DNA of 50,837 bases, counting the filler, from Catajapyx aquilonaris (lineage: Eukaryota), in the NCBI GenBank assembly GCA_000934665.2. It is 3 parts of 3 records of this genome, joined end to end, with 100 filler letters (N's around TTAATTAATTAA, not from the genome) between each part and the next. Parts side by side here need not be neighbours in the genome. Positions count along the whole stretch, not along the records: positions 1 to 16,798 come from JYFJ02007076.1; positions 16,899 to 33,839 come from KZ539638.1; 1 more part is not named here. One strand, given 5' to 3'. The notes under the pieces are model-generated. The model was given only the letters and a program-made list of their open reading frames with translations. It did no database searches and was not told the origin of the DNA. The position numbers and the translations under genes are program-made. Shown here one piece after another: positions 11,401 through 22,700 of this stretch (positions are counted from its first letter, which is position 1; each line of letters starts with the position of its first letter).

Positions 11401-12524
11401 TCGGCAATTTTCACTTTTACTTAAAACTCACACATGGCGGGATGCTTGTATAGGTAAGCCACACAAAATGGTAGTGCTGGCTGTTCGAAATTTTCGACGA
11501 CTAAATCAATTCAGAGCCAGAAAAAAGGCCATTCATCGCCCCAGTTCCACTATCCCATTAAATAAACAAAACTCCATTTGACGCAGCTTGTTTTCAGTGG
11601 CAATGCACATTATTTTTGCACATCTCGCAGGATTGCGTTGACCAGTGCATGATGAGAAGCATTTTTAAAAAACTATAGGCCTACTGTATTTTTACAGAAT
11701 GTGCTGTGCAAGCAGTGGTGTAAATTGTCAAACGGGCAAAAAGGGTTGTTGACTAATTTATTAGAAATCACATTTTGTGGACCCAGATGGGTAAAATCAT
11801 ATCTCATTACGGCCCAAGCCTCTTTCATTATTTATGAACACTTCCAGCGTGGTATGGTAGCTTCACGAGGAAACTTTCACCTGGGAATGGTTCATAAATT
11901 CTCGGCAGGTGCTAATAATTTATAGCCAGTACTTGAAATCAATCGGTCTGCCACGAGGCGTATGCATCCATTTTTTTCAGTAGGCGTGGAAAACCTTGTG
12001 ACTGTGGCTTGGTAATTGCATTTGCTGGATCGGTGTATGACTTGAATATTGCAGCCGGTTGCAATTGCGGCACTTATTACATTTTACGGCATAAGCAGGA
12101 ACTGAAAAGCGTTTTTTCCCCACCAGTGGGAAACGGGAAGCACCTGATTAAGGTGATTGTGAATTTGACGAGTGTTTCCTAATTACCGGAAATTGGGTGC
12201 AAAGTGACGTTTCCATTGGGGCGTTTCCTTTTCCGAATTCTCTTGTTCTGCACTCGTGTTGCATTATTTTATTGTTGGCACTGGTACTAACGTTGCGTCT
12301 TGTGTAGGATTGTGAGTTATTAGTCGGTCTATTTTAAGTAAACATATCTTTTTGGACTTCAAAAGGTAATAACGTATCTGCATGGTGCATAGTGTGACAT
12401 TCAAGTGGCGTTATATACAAGTACTATACCTTGTGTAGTAGGTGTGAGGTCATCCATATGTTACAATGCAGCTTATCTTTAATTACTGCACTGGATTTTA
12501 TCAGTATCTTTAATCTGATAAACC

Positions 12525-12950
12525 TACCGAAGCAGCAGTAGCCGAGGGGATTTGGTATCCGGCTGCGAATCGGGAGGTCCAGGGATCGAATCCCCAGGCC
12601 GGCAACTCTGACCGTGGCTTTCTGTGGTTTCCCACGGTCACCCCAGGTGAATACCGGAGTTGTTTCCTAAATTAGTAGGCCACAGCCGCTTCCTGACTTT
12701 CCTATCCCTGTCCCATACTGGAGGAGGTGCGGCGTTTGTGGGAGGTCTCTGACCCGCATATAGAGGGTCGTCTTGTCAACCTAGCCCTCTGAGGGACTGC
12801 ACACGTCCTCCACCATGAGACATTGCACTTGCACCACTGTCCCCCCCTCTATCCCAGCACTGGAGAGTCAGAAAATGGTGGAAAAATCTCCCCCCTACAT
12901 AGGCCAGAAGGCCTCAAGGGTGTAAATAAAAATAAAAATAAATTAATTAA
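12525..12950 (+). mobile_element. tRNA-derived SINE with 15-bp TSD
   Basis: A box TAGCCGAGGGG, B box GGATCGAATCC, insect-SINE-type body (GTGGTTTCCC...CCAGG...GGCCACAGCCGCTTCC) and A-rich tail. TSD TTAATCTGATAAACC at 12510-12524 and 12951-12965. Confidence 0.88.
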
Positions 12951-13219
12951 TTAATCTGATAAACCACAATATGGCAATGCTTTTGGCAGAAACTATGCTA
13001 CACAAAACTATCTACAAGCACAGTATTTTACAGGTCAGCGACTCGAGTGAAATAACACATAGTTTCATTATTCTTTATAACATACTCTATCTAAATATTG
13101 TAACCAGCACGCACGTGATATTCGGCTCGCTTATACAGTATAGTTTATGAAATTGAAATTTCTAATTGTGGTTTTCTCAAGGGTTTTCTTCCCCATCACT
13201 ACTTCACATGCAATGTTTA

Positions 13220-13393
13220 CCGTATATTAACGGCATATACGTAATAACGCACTTCCCCCCCCCCCCACCAAATAGCTAAGAAAATCGCCCTAAGTCTTAT
13301 ACCTGTGCGAAAAATCGAAAATACACTAAACATTTTTCCCCCTTGAATTGATGAGCTGAAATGGGAGTGCATCTTATATGCCGCCAAATACTG
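13220..13393. mobile_element. pogo/Tigger-like MITE
   Basis: TA|CCGTATATTAACGGCATATA ... TATATGCCGCCAAATACTG|TA; imperfect TIRs, TA flanks. Confidence 0.55.
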
Positions 13394-16300
13394 TAGGCCC
13401 TAATTTGCTTTCTGAGATTTTATAATGAACAGTATTATTTCCCCCTCCTTTTTCCAATTTGAGTGTTACAGTCAACATGCCCATATATCTGCTTATTTTG
13501 CATTCGTTTGAATTCGGGAAATAGGCCGACTGAGGGGGGTTTGTACTCGAAGGTTTTGTTTTGATTCCGACAAGATTGGTGTGTTGGAGCCGTTCCTTTT
13601 ACGTGTGCTTTTCTTCTTCCGACGACTAGAATCCTTTTATGCTTATCTAGGATTTAGAAACGCTTGATTCTTCCCTTTTGCCCCTCTTCGTCACGTCAGA
13701 AGACAGCTGTGTGGAAACTAATGAGCTTCTGATCGATGGCTGCTGCCTTTTGCGTCTCAAACTTCAACATTGAAAATGTTTGCACGACTTTTTCCCCCGC
13801 TTTTGCAGAAAGGGGGAGATGATATAGCGTGAGGTTGATAAAAACGTGTATTTCTGATGAAAGACAAACACAGCAGATATTTGTTACGTGTCAGTTGAGT
13901 AATGAGCCTTGAACTGATATGGTATCTGGTGCTTTCTTTTTTTCCACTGGAAGAAAAGAAGACGTTTTTGATGCTGTTGATTTTTCACATCTTTTACAGT
14001 AAAAAAAACCCTGTTAGAATTATTGAGAAAGTACAGTACATCGCATTTCAACTGATATGGATTTACACTGAAACACACGGTATAGGCTACATTCTCTAGA
14101 GCCAGGCAGTTTCCTACACAATACACGCAGAAAAATGGAATTGTGTATGAGCCCTTTGATATGACAATCCATAATTATATCCTAATTCTGTTTTTTGCAA
14201 AGATATGCCAAAACATGTCAAGTGACACAGTTGAGAAGGGTGACACATCATATATACATAGGGCATATGTCATAGGGCACGCATGTGTGTTTTTATGCTG
14301 CAGAATATGTGTTTTTCCACTGGTACTTTTGTGTAGTATCTGAAATGACATGTTTTATCTGATCTCTTTCGGTAAAAAAGGAAAAGGTTTTTCTGTCAAA
14401 ACGTTTTGTGTATAGTGAGTCATCTGTCTAGGCCGTTTTTCTCTTTGTAGAAACTCAACTACGTTTGTTATTTTATAGTGGCAAGTAAACCGTACTCATA
14501 ATGTGAAAATGCACTCAGTGCAATATTTCTGCCAAAAAACTCGGTTGTTCATCATATTACATTTAATATTAATACATTTAATTATCCATTAGCTGAAGAT
14601 CTGTAGTCAAAATAATGTTTTGGTGTCGATTTACGTGCATCACCCTGAATTTCATGGAATAACTGAGAGAAATACGGTCATCCACCACTATATAGGTCAA
14701 AACATCTGGAATAGCCGCTTGAAGCCTTAGAAGATAGCTTGTATGATGAATGGACCATTGGAATAGACTGGACAACAAGCCATTCATATCGAGTGTTTAC
14801 AAGAAGCGCCAAACTTAATTTCCCCATCGGCCATTTCTCTTCCTTGTGAATAGAATCCGTTTAATAGGTTTCATGAGCGTGGCATCTGTTGGAAGAAGCA
14901 CCTGCTGGCTATCTGAATCCATTTCGTAGCACGTGCCACTGACACTCTTCTTTTTATGCCAGGCATGATATTTTCACCGTCTTCTGCAGGAAAAAAATGA
15001 CGAATAATAATATTCTGGATCCGTAAAATTGATCCTTCACTACGATTTCTAGAATCCCTACTATGGAGATATTGGATTCAATGAATGTGAGTTATAATTA
15101 TTATATCTGACTTTGACAATACTGTACTGTATGCATTGTACTGTATGTATATAGTAGGCCTACATGGTTAATAGGCCTATACTGTATGTGCTGGCAAACC
15201 TATGAGTAAGTGAAAAGTATGGATTGCAGCTATTTGATTTCCGATTTCCTTTGGTTAACATACATTAAATCGAAGTAATATAATTATTGTCCTTTAGCTT
15301 GCAATAATACTTGTTTCCCCGCGACACCTGTATTGCGACAAAAAATGGGGTGTTATAAGATACTTAGCAGCGAAGCCGTTACTTCTCACGGTCTGTTTCC
15401 ATCAATCAACAACAATCAATCATTGTTGACTAATGGCACCATTGATTTTGTTGAATATTATTGTTGCCACGGTATTGTGTTGATGTTAGCATGGCAACAA
15501 CCAATAACAATAACACCTTTCTCCACTGCCTATTTCATTGCGGCATACTCAAAATATTATTACGAGATATACATTATGTGCCTGTTACAATGGTATTGTC
15601 ACTAATGTGAAGCAAGTGGTAGGCTAATAATAAAAGCGGTTGGCATGTAGTTCAGAGCTACACTCTCCACCTGTATACAGAGCACTGCTTTCGTGACGGG
15701 TTAGCACTTGTCTTTCTGCCGGCGTATGTCCTCTTTAGTCTTCCGCGACAGCGAGCCGGTTAGGGTGTGTTGCGGATGCAAAATCTACAGGTATCCAGCC
15801 GCACCTATTATCCAGTCGAACACTCACGACCTCATCCGGATGCTTGTAGAATATACTGCATAAGTGCTGTAAGCCCATTCACGTAAATACATTAGAGAAC
15901 ATGTATTAAATTCCAGTTTCAGTATGTGTTCTTTCTACATACTGTGTTCCAGTACTGTCCGTTCATCAGAGCGGAATTTAGGGGGCGCAGAGTCAGGTGC
16001 AGCGAGGTGCAGTGTAGGTGTTTGCCTGTTTCCAGCGAAGGTATCATTTGGATGACTGACCCACACTTGTGGAAAATACTGCATCTAACAGGAAATTTGT
16101 AGCAATAGTGCCCACACCATTCCATTCATTTGCGTATAGTGTATTAAAATAAGTTTTTCATTGGTGGAAATTTCATTAAAAACGTTCATTAGGAAGAAAA
16201 CTATAGTAGGGAGTTGTGCTGTGGGGAATTGCATGCACCATATTGCAGTGTGTAAGACAGCAGCATGTTGTGTGGCTCAGCTCATGATCTATTTTGTTAA

Positions 16301-16616
16301 CACACTTACGGCGTCGTAATCCTCTCTAACTCGTGCAGTGATTGTCGTCACTATTTCAAATCCACACAGCCCTAACACTTCCTAAATTGCAGTCAAGCTT
16401 TACTACTAGGGTATTTATCATTAAGGGGGCGCATTAGTAAAAATACGGTAGGCGCATTTTTGAGGGAATTTTATATTTTGTGGCGAAACGGACCGTTAAT
16501 CGGAAAAATCACGACGAAGGTGCCCTGCGCATAGGTTTGGCCTTTACTATGGTACCATACTCGATATGATTGCATTAAAATTGTGGACATACGGGCGCAG
16601 AAGCGTTCCCGACCAC

Positions 16617-16797
16617 GGTCATATAAGTAAGGTCTGGTTACTCCCACCCACCCCCTGCCGAGGCATTTTGCAGCGGGTGCTCACCTGAGACCGCCATGAG
16701 ACATTTCGGAGGCCAGGATAAGTGGCGACCCTACCGGACTAAGGCTGAACTTTATAGGTACGAAATGGGAGGGCTACATTGGGGGGCCCAACATGGC
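16617..16797 (+). repeat. Third, diverged copy of the conserved module plus flanks
   Basis: Aligns with 714-895, including flanks GGTCATA...AGGTCTGG..ACTCCCACC and CTACATTGGGGG.CCCAACATGG; truncated by a gap. Confidence 0.88.
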
Positions 16798-16959
16798 CNN
16801 NNNNNNNNNNNNNNNNNNNNNNNNNNNNNNNNNNNNNNNNNNTTAATTAATTAANNNNNNNNNNNNNNNNNNNNNNNNNNNNNNNNNNNNNNNNNNNNAC
16901 GCACGTGGAGGACCTGAAGAGGTTCGTCCAGAGGCGACACACCCCGGTCTTGTGCTAGG

Positions 16960-17350
16960 GACTGCTGCTCCTGTTGAGGAGGACACCCTGGTCATGGATT
17001 GTCCTTCTGGAGAGGACATGCTGGCCAGGGCTGCTCTTCTGGTCGTGGAGGGCACCCAGGTCATGGTCCGCCCTCCTGGAGGGGAGAACGGGCTGGTCAG
17101 GGCTGCTTTTCTGGTTGAGAAGGGCACCCTGGTCACGGTTTGTCCTCCTGGAGAAGAGGACAAGCTGGTCAGGGCTGCTCCTCCTGTTAAGGAGGGCACC
17201 CTGGCCATGGTTCGTCCTTCTGGAGAGGAGGACGGGCTGGTCAGGATTGCTCTTCTGGTCGAGGAGGGCACCCTGGTCACGGTTTGTCCTCCTGGAGAGG
17301 AGGACAAGCTGGTCGGGGCTGCTCCTCCTGCTGAGGAGAGCGCCCTGGAG
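16960..17350. repeat. Hierarchical GC-rich tandem repeat (36-bp subunit, 72-bp unit x~5.5, alternating 144-bp)
   Basis: GAGGAGGGCACCCTGG-like anchor at ~16976, 17045, 17117, 17189, 17261, 17333. Confidence 0.9.
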
Positions 17351-17480
17351 GAGAGGTGGGCGAACCGAGCGCGCAGAGCCTGTTCAGGTGTCGGTGTCGC
17401 CCTTGGTTTTCGGGCCGGTTTTGAAGCACTTTGGTCAGTGCGGTAACCTCCCTTTTCCCCTCTTCTTTTTCCTCTGCAGG

Positions 17481-18139
17481 ATGGCGCCCTTCTTATCCCA
17501 GGGCGCTAAGAGGGGTGGGTCTGGTGCGCCGGCTGGGCGAGGTGGTGGCGCTCGCCCCCGTAGTGGTGGGGCGCGCCGGCGTCGCCGTGGCTCCCCGGCG
17601 CGCGCCGCTTCTGTGCTGGCGGCTCCTGCTCCCGCCGCCCCTGCCCGTCGTGATACTGGGCGGGCCGTGGGCACCCAGTACCCGCCGCCAGCTTACGGAC
17701 AGGAAGTCGACCGGGCTTCCGCGGGCACTTACCTGTACCACGCTTCCCACCCGTGGACCCCGTGGCCGGACCGGTGGGTGCAGGGCTCGGCCGTCTACAT
17801 TGATGCCAGCGTCGCCCCCAAGATTGGGTCCGGGCCTCTCCCGACCCCTCGTGCTGGATGGGTCCCTCCGGCCGGGTTCGCCGGGGTGGGGCCAAAGCTG
17901 CCCAAGGCCCCCACCCCCTGCCCTCTCCTGCCCCTGCACCGGTGGTCGCCGCTCCTGCGCCGTCGGCGTCCATCCCTGAGCAGGTGGAGGCCGCCCGCTT
18001 ACAGCTGGAGGCAGCCAAGGAACTGTTTGCGCGAATGATAGCGCTCGTAGACTCGCAGCCGGTGGTGGCTCCCCCGGCGCCCGTGCCTGCTGGGTCGGAG
18101 GACGTGGGCATGGAGGAGGAGGAAGAACTGCTCAAGTAG
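17481..18139 (+). pseudogene. Unknown Arg/Gly/Ala/Pro-rich protein, apparent frameshift near 17915
   Basis: Pyrimidine tract plus CTGCAG acceptor right before ATG 17481. MAPFLSQGAKRGG...ARRRRRGS...YLYHASHPWTPWPDRWVQG; continues in another frame as EQVEAARLQLEAAKELFARMIAL...MEEEEELLK*. No family recognised. Confidence 0.35.
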
Positions 18140-18566
18140 AACTCTGTGCTCTGCTGAAGTGCTTTGACAACCACCCCCTTTTTTTCTTTGCTTTGTTGGA
18201 GTGCACCCCCCCCCCCCTCTATTGTGGTGGTTTTTTACTGTAAAGGAGCTCCCCCTGGTCGCTCGTTGGATGTGGGGGCTATGTGCCGTTTGCACTGTCC
18301 GCGCCGGCCCTGGTTGGCTCCCCTGGAGAAGTGGCTATTGGGGGAGCCACCTGGCGGTGGCGGGCGGAACGAGGCAAAAGGAAAAGGAACGCCGACCTGT
18401 GCGAACGTACCTTGAGGGAGCTCCCGTAGGGACCATTTTGAAGGAATAAACGTAAGTCAAAGCTACCCCTTGGTGTTGTTCTTGTGTACCTGCTAGGTAT
18501 TCACGTGAAAACGGTAAGACTACAGATAATTCATTATCGTACAAGGTTTTATCTTTGTTGTTAATT

Positions 18567-19012
18567 GAAACGTGTAGAATAAGAACAGGCTAAGTCCACT
18601 TTTCCGGATTTTTTCCCCCGTTGATATGATAGTATGGAGGCCCTGGAACAGGATGGCATGGGTTTAAGAGTTTAAGTCCGCCGGGAAGTCTCTGAAAATG
18701 GCTTCTTATTGATGCCACACTCATGTAATATAAGAACAGACTAGTCCACACAGTTCAGAATGCATTCCATTGGAACCTGATGTGGTGTTAGACAAGGCTA
18801 AGTCACACATTTTCTTACCTTTATATCCCTGTAAGTTGGATTAATGTATTCATATCATTTTCAGTAAATATTCAGATTATGTATCACACTTTTGCTTCTT
18901 CAATTTTGTAATACGAAATTTTCCAACTATTTCTGTAGGTGCTGGAAAGAAAAAAGTGTCTCCTGGAAAATATGGTCACATGGACTTAGCCTGTTCTTAT
19001 TCTACACTTTTC
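18567..19012. mobile_element. MITE with ~32-bp TIRs and AATT TSD (Sola-like)
   Basis: GAAACGTGTAGAATAAGAACAGGCTAAGTCCA / TGGACTTAGCCTGTTCTTATTCTACACTTTTC (1 mismatch). AATT at 18563-18566 and 19013-19016; internal copies of the TIR motif; absent at the paralogous site ~28300. Sola assignment inferred from the 4-bp AWWT TSD. Confidence 0.82.
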
Positions 19013-19509
19013 AATTGTCCTATAGAGGTGTAGTAGTGTTGCCTACAATGAATAACAAAGATAAATTCTCCTTCCACAACTTTAGTTATCGCGGCGAGAT
19101 CTGTGAGTAGGCCTAACTATGGGGACAGTAGGAGGCAAAGTAGCCTAAATATGGCAACCAAATACATTCGCGATTTGGGAATCAAACGAACACCTAGTTA
19201 AGAATAATACAGTATTCTTCCCCATAAGGGTCTATGCAACCATTCAAACGTAAAATCCTCACTTTTCGAAATCTGTCAAATGTGACTTTGATCATTTTGC
19301 ACTTCCGGTCTTCAAATCAAAAGCAGAATGATTGCCACAGTGATTACTTCATCTCCTGTAAGTCTCACCAAGGGACCCTCAATGATGAATCTTATCAGCA
19401 TAATGATTACAGATATCTTATCGACTTTGGCGACACTGTACTTATAGTACTGCTTTCGCACGCCCAGCCTTATATTGAGGTGCGGCTTTGTGGAAAGTTG
19501 TGATTCAAA

Positions 19510-19703
19510 ATGAACGAATCAGCGTTATCCCTAGCATTTGTGGTAAGATTGATACATTACCATTTACCAGTCACGAAAATTCTGAAATATTATTTGTTGC
19601 AGGCGCTTGGTCTGAGCCTGTGCGTTGCTGGTGCTCATGGTAGAGAGTAAGTTCTTTAATGTGTGTTAAACTTACTTTTAATATTATTTTCTATATTATT
19701 TTC

Positions 19704-19782
<79 letters not shown>

Positions 19783-22700
19783 GGATACCCCAGGGGGAAG
19801 GGGAGGTTCCCAAGGGAGGGCTGACATTCTTCAACACCAACTAGACCTTTTCTCCTGGCCCTGGGCAGAGTAGGGAGTGCAATTCTGCCCCGGCATGTCG
19901 GGTGAAAAGCGGAAAAAGACCCGACCAAGCAGAGGTGACGGGGACGGGATTTGAACCCCGGACCTCCCGCTTGGCTGGCCAGTAGCATAGCCACTAGACC
20001 ACCTGTCCATGCCTCCCTTATTTATTTATTTTACCTTATTATCACCGGGCTGCTGTAAATGCCCGAATATTAATCACAATAACCCCATTTTTGTCAAGCA
20101 TTTCTAATCTGCAAACATCCATGCTCATTTTAAAAACATTCCGTATTGAAAGTGATTTTATAAACAGCATTGGAATGACCAGCCTGGAAGATGATGACAA
20201 ATGTGAATTGGGAACTTTACATCCACATCCATATGACTGTCGACAATTCTACAAGTGCGTGGAAGTCATGGGGAAAGCAAAGATCGTGCTACGCTCATGC
20301 TTCGACGGAGAGGTTTTCGACCCAACATTGAATTTGTGTTACCCAGAAGATCCGAAGGTACATTGTTCCACTCTCTATTCCATGAATTCTGAACTGTTCT
20401 AGCTGAGATTAATTAAAGTGTTTACTCATTTGCATTAACTATATTATTAATCTTTAATGTCGAGGGTGGGCGACCTACGTACAGCTGAAAAATGCTTGTG
20501 GAATGTTAGCAATTTTAACCAAATTACACATTTGTGTCATTTGGTTAAAATTGCTAACTCCTGACCTAAGTGACCTCCATTCCACTTTCATCATCCCCTT
20601 TCATAAATCATCTGATTTTTTTGGAAATTATAATTATCACCTGATATTGGCCGTTATGTATATGAGATAGCTACAACTAGTGATTCGATACTCGCTGTGT
20701 TGAATTTATCATGGGGCTTTGAAGGCTTTGAACCTTTGAAGGTACTTTGGGATTCTCGAAAGGGGCGTTTACATGTGAGCGATTGGACGAGGGAAATATT
20801 CGCTGAGGCTGAAATTAAAGGTGCGTTTACATGATTGTGAGCGATTTGATCGCGCGATCGATGTCATCGCCGGCGATAACGGCGCTGAGTAACCCGAGTA
20901 GCCAGTATTGTTTGAGCCGAAAATCGATTGTTACTTTCACCTCAAACAATATTGGTTACGTCACTCGGCGATTACTTCTCTCAGCTTCGCTCCTCTTGTC
21001 AAATCGCTCACATGTAAACGGGGCTTAACAATCTATTTCCGCCTCAAACAATATTGGTTACTTGATGGGTTACTCAGCCTCGGCGATGACTTCGCTCCGC
21101 TTCGCTCGTCAAATCGCTCACATGTAAACGCACCTTCAGCTAGGATACATTATTTTAGTATTATAAGTTTTAAAAATTTTAGGGCCAAATGGTTAGTGAT
21201 TTCTTTTTGGCATGAGACAATTATTAGGCTACTTTCAAAAACACATTTGGGTAGAAAGAAACCAATAAAAGTTATTCACCACAAAACGGAAAAAATACAA
21301 AAATTCCGCAAAATAACTCGGTAAGATACAATCACATTCAATAATTATACGATTAGTATTTGCTTTTGCAAGTGAATGTCTTGTAAAGCTAGGCGAATCT
21401 ATGCTGCAAGAATAAACTTTTCTCTCATGCATGTGATTTAGGCATGGTCATGATTATTTTCTAGGGCATTTCAAACTACTGATAAAGGATCATGATATTT
21501 TGTCTGATTATAATGTGAAGTGTTGCAGGCACAAACCTTTGATACATACTGATATCAATGAAGACACTATTACGGTTCAAAAAGTAACTACAGTTGCAAG
21601 TTAGTAATATAGAGTTTTAAGTTCATATTATTATGGGGCTAAAGGGTGATAATTATATTAACCAAGATAACACATGGAACATAATTATGCTTCTTTCGTG
21701 TTGTACAGAAATTCCTGAGAATAGGCGCGCATTTATTTTCTTCCGTAGGCGCCGGGCCAGGCGTGCGCAGGGTTCGGAAACAAGGTGGGCACAGCCCCGG
21801 ACATAGGGGCCATGGAGTCCCTAGGCAGTTAACCAGGTCGCCCCCCCCCCCCNNNNNNCCCCCCCCCCCCCTTTCCCGTATTTTTCATACTATAAAAAAC
21901 CGTTCATTTCATTTTTATTTGACATTATTTTTACCTTCAAGCCAATAGACAAGTGTCACCAGTTACTTAATCCAATGAAGAATGAAGGTGTTGACACTTT
22001 CGGATGATTTTTACGCTGCTATAACTGGAGAAAATTGTGACAAAAAGTAACAAGTTAATTATAAAATTTCGATGAGATTGTTGTATTTTTTTAAAAAAGC
22101 GCCTTCGGCGCCAGGGCCCCCTCGGACGCTGGGGCCCTAGGGGCCTAGGCAGCTGCCTTGTTTGCCTAGGCGAAAGTCCGGCCCTGGATGGGCATAGGCC
22201 ACTCGGGGGGCCTTGAATAAAACCTGACAAAGAGGGCCGATCTTCCTCATTGCAATAAGTAAATTGCATATATATATAATTCTCTAGAATTAGGATAGCT
22301 TTAAAATTAAAAGGCTACTAATTATAGGAGGAAATACGTTCGACTTTTTTTCAATTTTTGTAGTATTACTATTAGGCACACTCCTGCTGAGTTGCCAAGA
22401 GTGGCAATTGCCTTAGGGGTCGTCCATATACCACGTGACCGATTTTTGGCCACTTTTTGACCCCCCCCCCNNNNNNNNNNNNNNNNNNNNNNNNNNNNNN
22501 NNNNNNNNNNNNNNNNNNNNNNNNNNNNNNNNNNNNNNNNNNNNNNNNNNNNNNNNNNNNNNNNNNNNNNNNNNNNNNNNNNNNNNNNNNNNNNNNNNNN
22601 NNNNNNNNNNNNNNNNNNNNNNNNNNNNNNNNNNNNNNNNNNNNNNNNNNNNNNNNNNNNNNNNNNNNNNNNNNNNNNNNNNNNNNNNNNNNNNNNNNNN

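Noticed and set aside
12525..12600. SINE heads as genuine tRNA genes
   Set aside because: No full cloverleaf; followed by SINE body, tail and TSD.
16799..16898. N-run + TTAATTAATTAA + N-run (also 33840-33939)
   Set aside because: All-frame-stop contig linker; assembly artefact, not biology.
16960..17350. Tandem arrays as CRISPR
   Set aside because: No unique spacers, no cas genes, eukaryotic context.
19656..19994. Poly-Ile and poly-Tyr ORFs (also 36966-37356)
   Set aside because: Translations of trinucleotide microsatellites.
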